In this document: positions 11,414 through 24,500 of the stretch, one piece after another | How positions within the stretch are numbered: the stretch's first letter is position 1 | Layout of the letters: each line of letters begins with the position of its first letter | Source: Azolla caroliniana | Lineage: Eukaryota; Plantae; Polypodiophyta | DNA: 64,000 nt | Direction: 5' to 3' | Assembly (NCBI GenBank): GCA_043228905.1 | Contig: JBHGNT010000008.1 | Coordinates: 9,734,001 to 9,798,000, forward strand | Notes under the pieces: generated by a model | What the model saw: only the letters and a program-made list of their open reading frames with translations | What the model was told of the DNA's origin: nothing | Databases searched by the model: none | Made by a program: the position numbers and the translations under genes

Positions 11414-11659
11414 GGAACTTTTGCTTGTGTTACTCTATTTAGTTTGCGAACTGGAACTGATAATATTCGAGATTATACAGCATCATATACGAAGGATCCT
11501 GTTCTAACACTCTCTTCGGTTTTCCGTTCACCATCCCTCGGAGGTATTCCTCCACTATCTGGTTTTTTTGGTAAACTTTATATTTTCTGGCACGGATGGA
11601 AAGCTAGTTTGTACCCATTAGTTTGGGTAGCACTCATCACAAGCATCATTTCTTTTTAT
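11414..11659 (+). pseudogene. ndhB: Plastid ndhB fragment (unedited genomic form)
   Basis: Translates to [21 protein letters not shown]...YTKDP...[19 protein letters not shown]. Confidence 0.92.
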
Positions 11660-12324
11660 AAGCAACTACTAAAATTTCGAAATGGTTCTATTATTTATTC
11701 TATTTCTTATTTGACAACTAATTATACGTATACGACGACCAAAGCCGTATAACCGCTTTTTTCCGCATCCCCTTCTTGTCTGTCTATGCAAAAAAAAATT
11801 CATTACTTAGCCGCTTTCATTATTGATAAAGATATATCCGAATCAATAGACGAATCTTTACGAAAGAAATTGAACGCCGATAGGGTTAGGTAAGATGCAC
11901 CCCGTTCTGATACTGAATGAACAGTACCTTGATGTTTGGCAACTGATCTATCATTGCTATTGAATGAGTCGAGATCAACTCGGGCTGGGAATGACTCGTG
12001 AGTGGGCATCAACGGTTGATAAGTCCGATCGGCCTTAACCCTTTTCCGTAGAGGAGGTGCCTTACAAAAAACCGTTAAGTTAATCTGAGGAAAAGTGCTC
12101 AGAAGTTTATTTATTCTTACATTGGTAAGAGAGTTAAACTTTATATGAATAGTATACTACAGGATTTTTAGCCAAGCCACTGATCCGATATTTCTCTTTC
12201 GCCCATCTCTGAGAATCCTATATCTATTCCATCCACAAAACGAGAAAAAAAAAAAATTGGTGGTTGATGGCTCTGATTAATATGTTATGGTTGTCACACG
12301 AATCCTTAATGAAATTGGATGGGT

Positions 12325-12519
12325 ACTGCGCCAACAGTTAATGCAAAAAGATAATAAGATACTCTACCACCACCTCCATATCTTATACCTTCTCCACCAA
12401 ATAAGCTGAAAATTCCCGTTCCGTTGATAAGACCATCAATTAACCATCGATCAAAAAAAGTAATTGACTTACTCACAAAGATTATATTACTGATAAAAAA
12501 AGTATCATAGAATTTATCA
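12325..12519 (-). pseudogene. ndhF: Plastid ndhF 3' fragment
   Basis: Translates to DKFYDTFFISN...FFDRWLIDGLINGTGIFSLFGGEGIRYGGGGRVSYYLF. Confidence 0.88.
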
Positions 12520-13321
12520 CTTTCAACCTCACATTAGTCCGTCCCTTTGGGTAAGCTAAAGAATCTAATAATTTCTAATATGAGGGATGATTATCAACCC
12601 TCGCTTATGGCTTAGATTTCTCCTACTCATCGTTCAGATCCTAATTATCCATCGTTTGTTTGTGGCGCATTCCAATTCCCGACACCCCGCGCCCCGGTTC
12701 CGCTTCATGATATAAGAATGAAGCTATATATTGTATTAAGTAAAATTGAGAGACTTGAACCCTCAACCTTGTATACAAAGCACCAAGCATACAGCACTAA
12801 GCTAGGTTAGTTATTTTAGAATGCATTTTCATCATTATACTTATCCCATATCTATTTTCATACATAGCCATCATTCATCACATGCAATGCATGTGCGCCA
12901 AATGGCGATCATGCATTACATGTAACTCATGCATTTCATGCATGCCATGCTCCCATACATTACCATATGCATGGCAACACTTATATCAAGAGGGGAAAGG
13001 GAAAACAAGGAAAGGAAGAAAAGAAGAGAAAATGGGAGAAAAGAATCTAAGCAAGTATTGAAGATATCTTATTCGGTGAAGAGCCTCGAGTTTCAAAGTG
13101 GAAGTCGTGGGTTCAAATCAAGGGTCGGTATTGAAAAGATTCATCCTGCGATCAAGGATTGTAAAGTTGGTAAAATATTATATTTTTAATATACATCATG
13201 TTTATATCATATACTCTTGTTCTTTGAATCATACTTTGTCTCAATCTTCTTTCTAGAATCATACTTTGTCTCAATCTTCTTTCTTGAATCATACATTGCC
13301 TCTATCTTTTATCTATGATTG

Positions 13322-13362
<41 letters not shown>

Positions 13363-13503
13363 TTACTCGTAACTCTTCTTCTTACTATCCTTAACCATTC
13401 TATCATCACCATACAAGCCTTATTAAAAGTTAAGTACCTTCAACTCCCCTTAACCTTAGTCCCCGCGACTTCGCCGCACGAACCACAACTACCCCGACAA
13501 CGG

Positions 13504-14114
13504 AGGCAAACTCTAGGAGCACATCTTCCACACATGAGGACTGTGAAAAAAAGGAAGGATTTATATTTGAAGAGTAGTTGGCATGTATAAACAACAATTT
13601 GTCTTAAGAAGCCCATGAGAAGTGTAGAAAGAATATCGCTAGTATTGAAGAGGAGCCTGATTGTACTAAGAATGTGCTAGTAGTGTCTAAAGAATCCCAT
13701 AAGGAGTGTGAAAAGAATATCGCTAGTACTGAAGAGGAGCCTGATTGTATTGAGAATGTTTTAGTAGTGTCTATAGAAGCCCATGAGGAGTGTGGAAAGA
13801 ATATAGCTTGTAATGAAGAGGAACCTGATTGTACTAAGAACGAGCATACTAGCATCACCCATGAGGACCAAGCAATAAAGACCACCCAAGAAGGGGAGCA
13901 CGGTTGTCTTAAGAATGAGTTGATAGCCACCGTACAAGAGGAGTTGACCATGAGTACTGCCACAACCCACATATAGGAGTCTAATTGTACTAAGAACGAG
14001 TATACTAGCATCACCGATGATGATAGGCCAATAAAGACCACCCAAGAAGGAGAGCACAGTGGTCTTAAGAATGAGGTGACTATCACCAGCCAAGAGGAGT
14101 TCGTCAACAACATG
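13504..14114 (+). pseudogene. Accessory gene, acidic repeat exon (EEEPDC and TTQEGEH repeats), between insertions A and B
   Basis: Three ~84-bp units (EECxKNIASxEEEPDC) and two ~155-bp units. The second long unit resumes after element B at 20177 (ACATGAGTACT...CAACCCACAT). Confidence 0.5.
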
Positions 14115-15315
14115 TGTTACGGGCATGACCATATAATATCCCGTGGTGAGAATTTACCATAGTATTCTATACACGTGGATAAGTGTGAGGGTTAAACGAG
14201 AGTGTAACGAAGGGGAGAATTACTTTTAATCCTCGGGATTGAGACAACCCATTGGGCCAAGTGTAAATCAAATGTTTTCCTTTTCAGGGAAAGGATCTTG
14301 GTGGCCGTCCTCACATTTTTGTGAGAATAGTGTTGTCACCATCCCTTTTTTCAACAATTTTTTATTGTTGAAATCCCTGTTGGTGACTTCGATATTTCAT
14401 TACGTAAAGAAACGCCTATAGCCATAATGATGTTGAGTATGTAGGGCTTGAACCACTTCATGTGAGGTTGCTCCTATGACACACATATCCAACATCCCTC
14501 CCTCGTTACATGGATACGATGCCACCATGAGATCATTCTTACGAGAGGCATTCGTAATGAAGTGACATGTGATGGGCCACGTGGGCCTACTATGAAAAGA
14601 GGGCTCATTTGGCTTGACCATTAGGTTGCACTTTGGCGTATGCCATCATAATTACGAGACTTGAGGTTAGGTAACGTACCAACATAGTTGTAGTAAATGA
14701 GGGCGAAATAAGGACTCTTGACATATATGTTTCTTTTAAAAAAACATATATGGGCAAATGCCTTGCATATCTCTTATACACATGAAACATTAAACATTCA
14801 AAGAAGAGCAATCTACTTGGTTGGCTCAAGTGTTTAATGTATTTGTTCTCGAAGTCTCGAGTTCAAATATGACCAAGACTATACAACATCGTTGATACAT
14901 ATGACTATAACACATGTTTAGACTTGAGGTCTAAGTGCACTTCGGGGTTCTCGTAATAGGACTTAAAGAGCCGACACCACATATGTGGGCACCGAAACAT
15001 AGTTCATTGTTAACATTTTTTTGTGTATAAACTATTCAGGACACGAACATACATGGTTGAGCCTCGGGGAGCCGCCATGAAAATATCGATATAGATATCA
15101 GGGAAAGACATTAAATTGTCACCCCCATGGTTTTTAAAACACCTTTGTGTTACCATAGTAACCTAATCTTGAACCTCATCTCATACGTCTAGAGGGGTAT
15201 TGACGTGAGATAATGATATCGATTAATGTTCACCCATGATATGTTTACATCACGACATGATGTTATGACTATCTCTCTGACCTTATCCTATTTCTTTTCC
15301 AGAAATAATCATTTA

Positions 15316-18300
15316 ATGGCTCAAAATAATGACCCGATGTCATCCGTTCAAGCGGAAGGAACTCAAGGGAATCCTCCTGGAATAATGTCCATTGAGATGT
15401 ATTTTTCGCAAATAACCCAATACCTTAGTTTCACCGCTCAACAGATGACCGAACTTCAACAATCTCAAAGTGCTCTTGAGGCACGTGTCATTAGTCTACA
15501 ACGTGAGACTAATAGACCTGATGAGCGACGGGGTGAACCATCATTTGTCGTTAAGCCATTTACGGGAGAAAAAAAAGGAAAGAACCGAAGAAGCAATCTG
15601 CACGTGGCTGGGCCGATGGGAGTCTCATTTTGAGCACTATCCCACGCCAGATAATACAAAGATTGCATATGTCGGCTGAGAACTAGGGGGTAAGGCCACC
15701 ACCTGGTGGCATGGGCTCCGTACTTTGGGGAAATTGCCCGATACTTGGATAGATTTTGTCACAGTTTTCAAGGGCCAATTTTTGCAACCTCCCTCTCGAA
15801 CTGAGGCAACACAAGCTTTAATGAACCTCTCTAGTCAGAAATTTTCCTCTCTAGAAGACTATGTTCACCATGCTAGAACCCAAATCCAAAAATTGGGTCT
15901 AGAAGGGGACAATTGGTTAATAGCTTGTTTTGTCAATGGCATCCCCAATTCGGACTATCACTGGATAGTGCACGATAAGGATCCAAAATCCTTCGAAGAG
16001 GCCGTTGAAATAGTTCTTCGCTATCAACGAACTTCGAAGAAGGACCACAATAAGCCCAACGAAGCGCCCGGGACTAAGCAGTCACAATTCGCTAGGAAAT
16101 GCAAGACACCCAACAAATTCATGGATTGCAATTGTAAGCGACAACATCCTTTTTGTGTATTCTGCAAAATGAAGGGTCATACAAAAGAACAATGTTGAAA
16201 GCTCCAACGCAAAGAGCACGACAACAAAGCTAAAGCTGTAGACCATAAATGTCATATTCCTAATGTCCTTGAGGTCTATACACATCATTTAAGTAATTGT
16301 CAATGTTCTTTCCCTCACTATGTATTGGGTCCCAATGATTTACTACGTGCAAACGGGTATATCAATGGATCCCCCGTACAATTTTTGTTTGATTCGGGAA
16401 GCTCACACAACTATGTAAATGATCATTTGGTTCAGATATGGGGAATCCAACCCACCGTAAGTGATCACACCTACACGGTGCACTTGGCTGATGGAAGAGT
16501 ACAATACATCAACGGGGTGATTCATTCATTAGGAATTTCTATTGATACTTATATAGAGGAAGTAGACTTCCATGTAATGAATCTTTGTACCACCGATGTA
16601 ATATTGGGTTATCCCTGGTTTTATAATAAAAGCTCTTCTTTGTCTATTGATTGGGTTCATCATTCAATTACATTTGTACTAAACGGTTGTACTCATTTTA
16701 TTCGATGTGTCAAAAAACAATCCCTCTCGATTGTTTCCTCGTGTCCATCAATATCGAGTTTTCTTGTTCTACTCTATTTTATTGTGTACTTGATCCGGAC
16801 ATTCACGTTTACAATATCGATAATGTCTCAGTTCAATTAACATATTTTGAACAACAACTTGATGAAATCTTAAATGGTTTTCATGATGTTTTTCTGAGTG
16901 AACTACCAGATGGGTTACCTCCTAAACTTAATATAGACTATCATATAGATATTGTACCTAGCATTGCACCAATAAGTATACCTCCTTATCGCTTAAGTCG
17001 ATCCGAAGAGGATGAGGTATCTAAGCAACTCAAGGACTATTTATGAATGGGTTATATACATTATAGTAAATCTGCATGGGGTGCACCAGTTCTCTTGGTT
17101 AAAAAGAAAGAGGGCACATGGCATATGTGTATTAATTGCCGCGCTTGAATAAAGTGACGATCAAGAATTCGTATCCATTGCCCCGGGTTGACGATCTAAT
17201 TGACCGCCTCCAGGGAGCTCGGTATTTTACGAAACTTGATCTACGTACTGGCTACCATCAAATTCGTATAAGTGCGGATGATGTTCCTAAAACGACATTT
17301 CGTACACGCTATGGCCATTATGAGTTTCTAGTTATGCCTTTTGGTTTGACCAATGCTTCGGATACATTTCAACAAGAAATGAATGACATTTTCCGAGAAC
17401 AACTTGGAAAAATATTCGTTATTTTCTTGGACGATATTTTAGTTTATAGCCGTACATTACAAGAACATGCTAAACATGTCTGCTTTGTTTTACAAACATT
17501 GCGTGACAAACAGTTTTACGCGAAGATCTCAAACATGAGTTCTTCAAGAAATCAATTACTTATCTTGGACATCTCATAACCAAACGAGGAGTTGAAATTG
17601 ATCCTTCTCGCATCGAGAAAATCAAGCTTTGGCCCACTCTTCGGAATATTCGAGAACTTCGATCATTCCTTGGTTTTGTCGAGTTTTTGTGAAAATCTCT
17701 TCGTAATTACTCCCAATTGATGACGTCGTTTACTAATCTTCTAAAAGGTCAAATGTGTAAGTCTACAAAACCTATTGTGTGGAATGCGACACTAGACCTC
17801 GCCTTTAAGGAACTCAAGGACCTGGTTTGCAAGGCTCCTTCACTTCTTTTACCCGATCCTTCAAAACCTTTTGAGGTTGAAACCGATGCAAGCGATTATG
17901 CTATAGGTGTTTTCTTATATCAAGATGGTAAACCAATAGCATTTGAGAGTAAGAAACTTGATTCTGCTCAATGTTAGTATACCGTTCAAGAAAAGGAATT
18001 ATTTGCAGTTATACATGCGCTCAAAACATGGCGCCATTATCTTTATGGGAATCGCTTTGTGGTAACTACGGACCACGAGTCCTTGAAATATTTTTGTGAC
18101 CAACAAGACCTGAACGGTCGTAAGGCACGATGGGCTGATCTCATCCAGGACTTTGATTTTTCCATACGATATCGTAAAGGTTCCATGAATACTGTCGTTG
18201 ATGCACTAAGTCGCATCTGTGAAGTGAACATGCTTAGCTTCACTGAAATAACATCATATCTTTATGATCACCTTCAAGGAAAGTAACCTGATGACAGTTA

Positions 18301-19700
18301 TTTTGCAAAATACTGGGCAAGAGTTGAGTCTGGAACAAACACCACCACATCCTCGAAGGAATACTTCCACATTGCTAACGGTCTGCTCTACCGTAATGGG
18401 AAGGTTTGTGTTCCAGATTTACCCGAGGTCAAAAAGAGGATTCTTTTTGAATGCCATGATGCACCTTGGAATACATCGCACACTCGTTCTCATCTCCACT
18501 CAATTCTATTGACCTAAGATGTGCCCTGAGATACATAGCTATGTGACTAAATGTCACTAATGTCAGGTTAACACAGCTGAGCGACTTAAAACCGCAAGAA
18601 TTTTACATCCCTTGGAAATTCCCAATAATAAGTGGGAGAGTATATCCATGGATTTTATTGTTAGCCTTCCTTGCACCCAAAAAGGCCACGATACCATCTA
18701 GGTTGTGGTTGATCGACTAACTAAAATGGCTAGATTTATTGCTACTAAAACCACGGTAACAGCTCCTGAATTGGCTTACCAATTCGTTGACGAGTTATTT
18801 CGTTTTTATGGGTTACCGATGGATATTGTGAGTGATCGAGATCCAAAATTTACTAGTGACTTCTAGACGCAAGTCTTTAAGAAGTTAAAAACTATGTTGA
18901 GCATGAGCTCCACGGATCATCCTCAATCTAATGGACAAACAGAATGAGTAAATCAAATTATTGAGGACATGCTTCGGCCATACGTTGGTGCAAACCCAAC
19001 AAAATGGGAACGTTATCTCCCAATTTTGGAGTTTTCTTATAACAGCTCCAAGCATACATCGACGAGATATAGTCCTTTTATGTTGATGCATGGTTTTCAG
19101 CCACGAGCCCCGATTGATGTTAATATACATCATGATGAGTTGCGAAGTATGCAAAACTTTCTTCGGGATATGCAAGATATGTTGCATATTGCACGAGATA
19201 ATATAAAAACAACTCAAGATAGAGCGCGTTTTTATGTTGAGCATCATAGGCAACCTCGTGTATTCAACCCTAGATAGAAGCCTGGTATTTTTACGTGTAC
19301 CTCACAATTCTAAGAGATTGTCTACGAGTAGGTGCGCTAAGTTAGCCCCACGGTTTTGTGGACCATTTACCGTCCTCAAATGCATTGGGTCATCAGCCTA
19401 TCGTCTCGCTCTTCCCGATGGTGTTGAAATTCATCTAGTTTTTCATGTGAGTCGTCTAAAAGAACTTCTAGGTTATGGCAACAATACAGTTACAACTAAA
19501 ACTCTGGTTACTTCTGAAGAATTATCTTCTAAACCACATGTACTAGAAAGAATTCTCGATGTTAAAACAAAAAATTATGTACTAAAGAAATCCGAGAATT
19601 TAAAATAAAATGGATGGATAAATCAATAAAAGGTGCCACATGGGAGCGCGAAAGTACTCTCAGAACTAACTTCCCTAACTTTCCATTGCAAGAGTTGAAT
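15316..19700 (+). pseudogene. Element B gag-pol (Gag, CCHC, PR, RT, RH, INT, chromodomain)
   Basis: [52 protein letters not shown] and a C-terminal chromodomain ERILD...KIKW...ATWE. Many stops. Confidence 0.92.
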
Positions 19701-19719
19701 GTTTTAAAGAGGGGGAGTA

Positions 19720-20176
19720 TGTTACGAGCATGGCCATATAATATCCCGTGGTGAGAATTTACCATAGTATTCTATACACGTGGATAAGTGTGAGGGTTAA
19801 ACGAGAGTGTAAAGAAGGGGAGGATTACTTTTAATCCTGAGGATTGAGACAACCCATTGGGCCAAGTGTGAACATGGTTGGGGGCCTTGGGTATCGCTAT
19901 ACATAAGAGGCCTAGCTACCCTCATTTCATTATCTGGTTGAATACGTCGAGACTCTGTCTTGTGGTGGGTCAACTCTTGTAGCGAGCGCGCCAGCACCAG
20001 GTACGACTCAACGCCATGGTGGTGGTATGGGACGCCGATCGAGGTTCGAGTCCGTCTCGATCCCTTCGCTCGGGGGTGGTCGGGTGGATCGACACCCTTC
20101 TTTCTCTCTCTTCTTGGTATCTATCTATCTTATTTTTATCCTTATCTCATGCTTACATTAGTTGATGTCTCTAATA
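19720..20176 (+). repeat. Element B 3' LTR
   Basis: Matches 14115-14263 and the reverse complement of ~61435-61822. Confidence 0.9.
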
Positions 20177-20463
20177 ACATGAGTACTAAAACAACCCACA
20201 TACAGGAGATGAGTGATAATTTGACTATCAACAATACCTTTGTGGATGTGTGTACAAGCATTATAGTTGCAGAAAACATAGTTTCTCTCTCAAGCTTGCC
20301 ATTGGTACAAGGTGCATGTACATCCACACCTGTCTCTAATGTCTTTGATGATGAAGTGCCACTTAGTAAGCTGATGCCTAAAGGCTTTACGATAAAGAAG
20401 AATGTAAAATCACAAAAAACTGGCACCAATAACAAGCGCATTACAAGATTGGCGAAATTGTGA
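20177..20463 (+). pseudogene. Accessory gene, C-terminal exon
   Basis: Continues the repeat unit interrupted by B and reads MSTKTTHIQE...DDEVPLSKLMPK...RLAKL-stop. It is followed by duplicated 3' UTR segments (20480-21010) that converge on the transposase 3' end. Confidence 0.5.
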
Positions 20464-21500
20464 AATGGTGCCTGATTGTCTTTCGATTGTACTTGAACTA
20501 TAGTTGAACTGTTAGTGATGTTGGAACTTGAACTATTTGGTATACCAAAATACTATCTAAATTGCTAATGTGAGATGATGAAGTGCCACTTAGTAAGCTG
20601 ATAATGTAAAATCACAAAAAACTGGAGCCAATAACAAGCACATTACAAGATTGTACTTGAACTATAGCTGAACTGTTAGTGATGTCTGAACTTGAACTAT
20701 TTGGTATACCAACATACTGTCTAAATTGCTAATGTGAAATGTTGTACTGATTCCAGTTCACTCATCTAGTGTTGTTAATGTAATGTGAAATTCTATATTG
20801 CCAATTGGAGAGAATGAGAATGTATTCCTTTGTTAATTGTCATGTAGCCATGATTGTGTTGAACTGTTACCAGCGTACTGTCAAAATTGCCCCTGTGAAA
20901 TGCTGTGAAGATCAGATCACTCATCTAGTGTTGTAGTGTAATGTGAAATTCTATATTGCTAATTGTAGAGAATGAGAATGTATTCTATTGTCAATTGTCT
21001 TGCAACCATGAATGTAGTAGGGAACAATTTGACATTCATATTAGTACTAAAATAAGATGTATGTATCCATCCGTCTAACTGAGATACTTCGGTAGACTAC
21101 TATGTATTAGTGAACACTTACAATTGACATTAGTACTAAACTAATATGTATATTGATACTTGAGAAGTATGGTTTCCTTGAGTGCACATAGTCAGAGTCG
21201 AATAGAGACTTAACACAATAGGGATTAGACTACTGGTATTGATAGTTGAATAAGTCTGGGCCATATTGATGTTACTAAGTATTGAAGACTTCACACCCTA
21301 AACCATAGAAACAAGCAACTCTATAATTACCATGAACACTTTCAAAACAAGCTCAATAAATACTCTAAACACATTAGAAGAAAGACGAAATATATCGATT
21401 CATTTGTAAATCATCAAAGATAATATATCAATACATCAAATAGTGAACTACAAGCGGATGTTTTTCAGTTGCCAACTACAATGTATTAATAGGGTAACTT

Positions 21501-24500
21501 TCAAGCGTTAAATAGAGAGACCTCCCCTAATATGTGCTCATGAACCTCTTGGGGGACCTTGTAGACAGTGTTGTATCCCTTAACCTTGTGCTTTGCTTGA
21601 GTCATATTGAACTTGATCGCAAGAATGGCAACAATGTAGATTATTGCGATGGGTGCATCTTTTAGTAATGCATATGTGTTCTTGCATTGTGGCAACTTTG
21701 CAGAATAGTTTCCATACACGACAGACTCACCAACGTTGAACATGTTGCCCCAGCCATCCCTCACCACTTCTTTCAATAATGTCTTTCCTTGCTTGCACAC
21801 CACAATGTAGTAGTCTTCTAAATCTTCATTTTGAGGAGATTTGAGCACCGCAAAATGATCTTCAGCTTCCAATAAAACTACCAAGTCTTGATGTTGGTTG
21901 TAGTATACAATATCATTTAAATGTGCATCCTCTTCAATATCATCTTGTTGTTCAGGCTCAAGCTTCTGCAACTTCTAGGGCTCCACGATTGATAGGTTGA
22001 TGCATTTATCCCAAGCTTCATCTATACACATGGAACAAAAGCATCATAAAGTACGGAGTAACAATTGTGTTGTGTCCTTGCGGCTAAACCCTAATACACA
22101 ATGGGTGCTTCGTGTGCCTTTCACGGTTTTACAACCATATGATTTAGTTCTATCGACCTCATTAGTGCGAACCTCAACAAACAATCTGTTCTTACCATCA
22201 TTTGACATCTTCCATGTTAGCCACTCCACAACATCATGTGCATTTTGTAACTTAGCACCATTATTATCCAACTGCTCACTTGTAAAGGCACGTTTGATCA
22301 CAGCCCCTGCGCCATCATGCTCTTCTTTTCCATGTCCAGATCCGAAGTAGTTCCATTGCATACGAATGTTGAATAAGGAGAAGTACATGCTTTTGTATCC
22401 CAGGTTTCCAACAAACATTAGTACTATGTTGTCAATCAAGAGTACTATGCATCCATTAATACTGATTTAGTACAAATACAAAACAAAGCATAGCACAACG
22501 TATCCATGTAGAACACTCTACACTGATTAAAAGATAAATAGTATTATGTTGTCAACCAATAGTACTTAGCATCCATTAATACTAATTTAGTACGAATACA
22601 TCACAAAGCATAGTACAATGTGTTCATGGAAAACACTCTACATGTATTAAAAGATAATTAGTACAAACTCTTCAATATTGAACAATACTATGGTGCTGAC
22701 GGCGAGTACTTTACATCCATTAATACTGATTTAGTACAGATAAAACACACAACACAGTACAATGTGTCCATGGAGAACACAACATGGATTAAAAGATAAT
22801 TAGTACAAACTCTTCAATATATGACAGTACTATGAGTACAAGACATGTACTTTACATCCTTCAATAAATACTGATATAGTATAGATACAACACACAATAC
22901 AATACAATGTGTCCATGGAGAACACTCAACATGGATTAAAAGATAATTAGTACAAACTCTTCAATATAGGACAGTATTATGAGTACAAGACATGTACTTT
23001 ACATCCTTCAATAAATATTGATTTAGTACAGATACAATACAATGTGTCCTTGGAGAACACTCAACATGGATTAAAAGATAATTAGTACAAACTCTTAAGG
23101 ACGGACAATATTATGAGTACAAGACGAGTACTTTACATCCTTCAATAAATACTGATTCTGTACAGATACAACACACATTACAATACAATGTGTCCATGGA
23201 GAGCACTCAACATGGACTAAAAGATAATTAGTACAAACTCTTAAGAACGGCCAATACTATGAGTACAAGACGAGTACTTTACATTCTTCAATAAATACTG
23301 ATTTAGTACAGATACAACACACAACACAGTACAATGTGTCAATGGAGAACACTTCACATGGATTAAAAGATTAAAAACACATATTCAAGTGACAGGATGG
23401 TACTATGTGATCAATCAAGAACACTTAACATAGTTACAAACATAATTAGTATGCATGCATCCATTTGAATAGTACTGTGTTTGAATAGTTACAAACATAA
23501 TTAGTATGCATGCACGAACACAAGAATTACTTCCTTATACATTGCATTATAAGTACTAAACATATGGATTAAAAATTGCCTGGCGATAAAGTAGAACAAT
23601 CGTGCCGCCTTAAACTACGAGGCAGCACCAGCAGACCAAACCCAATGAACCCAATGACGGTTAAAGCAAAACCCTAGAGACAATAAATCTGCATGGTGAA
23701 GCTTAAAAAAATGTTGAACAAATAGTGTATCATGCTTTTTATCATCTAAAATGTAAAATATTGATTTCTTATGTAACTCACTGTCTTGTCTCTAATAGCA
23801 AATATGTACAAGTATTGTACATTGATCATTGTACCAATGCATTGATTGAACCTCATTTTGAACTTTAAATGTATAGTTTTCTGCAAAGTCAATAACGGAT
23901 ACGATGACACCCGTTGGTAAGTTACTAATACATTCCTTGAACTATGAATTTTGCCAATAACTCCGGAAGTTATGTGGAATGAACTCCCCAAGTTGTTTCT
24001 TAAATTCTGAGACAAGGGTAGCAGCACATGTCTTCTTATATACTTCCTTGATACGCTTAGTTACAAGTCCCTTGCCAATATTTTTAGTCATATACTCTAA
24101 ATATTTCCATTTCACAATATGACTGTTTCCCAAATCAAGCTCCTGCCTACAAAATAATGGTAGCGGACAAACCTTACATGTTCTTCAAAGACATGTATGA
24201 CGATGCTACTCACATGATGGTTCTTTTTCACAAACACAAGACTTCCATAACTCAGAAACGGATGCATAAGTCATGTTTCGTGCATTACACCTATTATCCT
24301 CCCCATTTGGTCTACAAACCTCACAAGTGTAGACACATAATTCCCCATGTATACCCTTAGAATCAGTACGCATTGCATTCACTCCAAGCCTTAACATGTC
24401 CATCTTCACGTGGTACACACAACAACATGTATTCCTCTCATTTAATTATCTAACATAATATGGTTTCAAACCTTGGAACTTGCGGAATCCAATAGTCAAG

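Larger units (their letters stand above)
11116..12701. other. Mosaic organellar DNA insertion (NUPT patchwork) preceded by fold-back filler
   Basis: Contains recognisable ndhK, ndhB and ndhF pieces in mixed orientation, plus unassigned segments. It is absent from the 5' LTR. Confidence 0.88.
4383..13499 (+). mobile_element. Element A: full-length Ty3/gypsy LTR retrotransposon (non-chromovirus, probably Phygy-like), young but with a disabled pol
   Basis: TGTCG...CGACA LTRs at 4383-5328 and 10979-13499. 4-bp TSD ACGG (4379-4382, 13500-13503). PBS, PPT and gag-PR / RT-RH-INT order are present. The clade name is an inference. Confidence 0.95.
10979..13499 (+). repeat. Element A 3' LTR, split by a ~1.6-kb filler insertion (11116-12701)
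   Basis: Matches the 5' LTR up to TTTGTAAAA (11115) and resumes at GCTTCATGAT (12702), with 15 bp of LTR lost. Confidence 0.93.
14115..20176 (+). mobile_element. Element B: Ty3/gypsy chromovirus, decayed, with a partly deleted 5' LTR
   Basis: TSD ACATG (14110-14114, 20177-20181). 5' LTR remnant 14115-~14263; 3' LTR 19720-20176 (TGTTA...TAATA). PPT AAAGAGGGGGAG at ~19706-19717. Confidence 0.92.

Noticed and set aside
11444-11752. ORF as a functional nuclear ndhB
   Set aside because: It is a short, unedited internal fragment with no transit peptide, fused to unrelated sequence.
22440-23370. Regularly spaced repeats (also 2280-3400 and 25478-25735) resembling a CRISPR array
   Set aside because: Whole units repeat with no unique spacers, there are no cas genes, and the context is eukaryotic and intronic.
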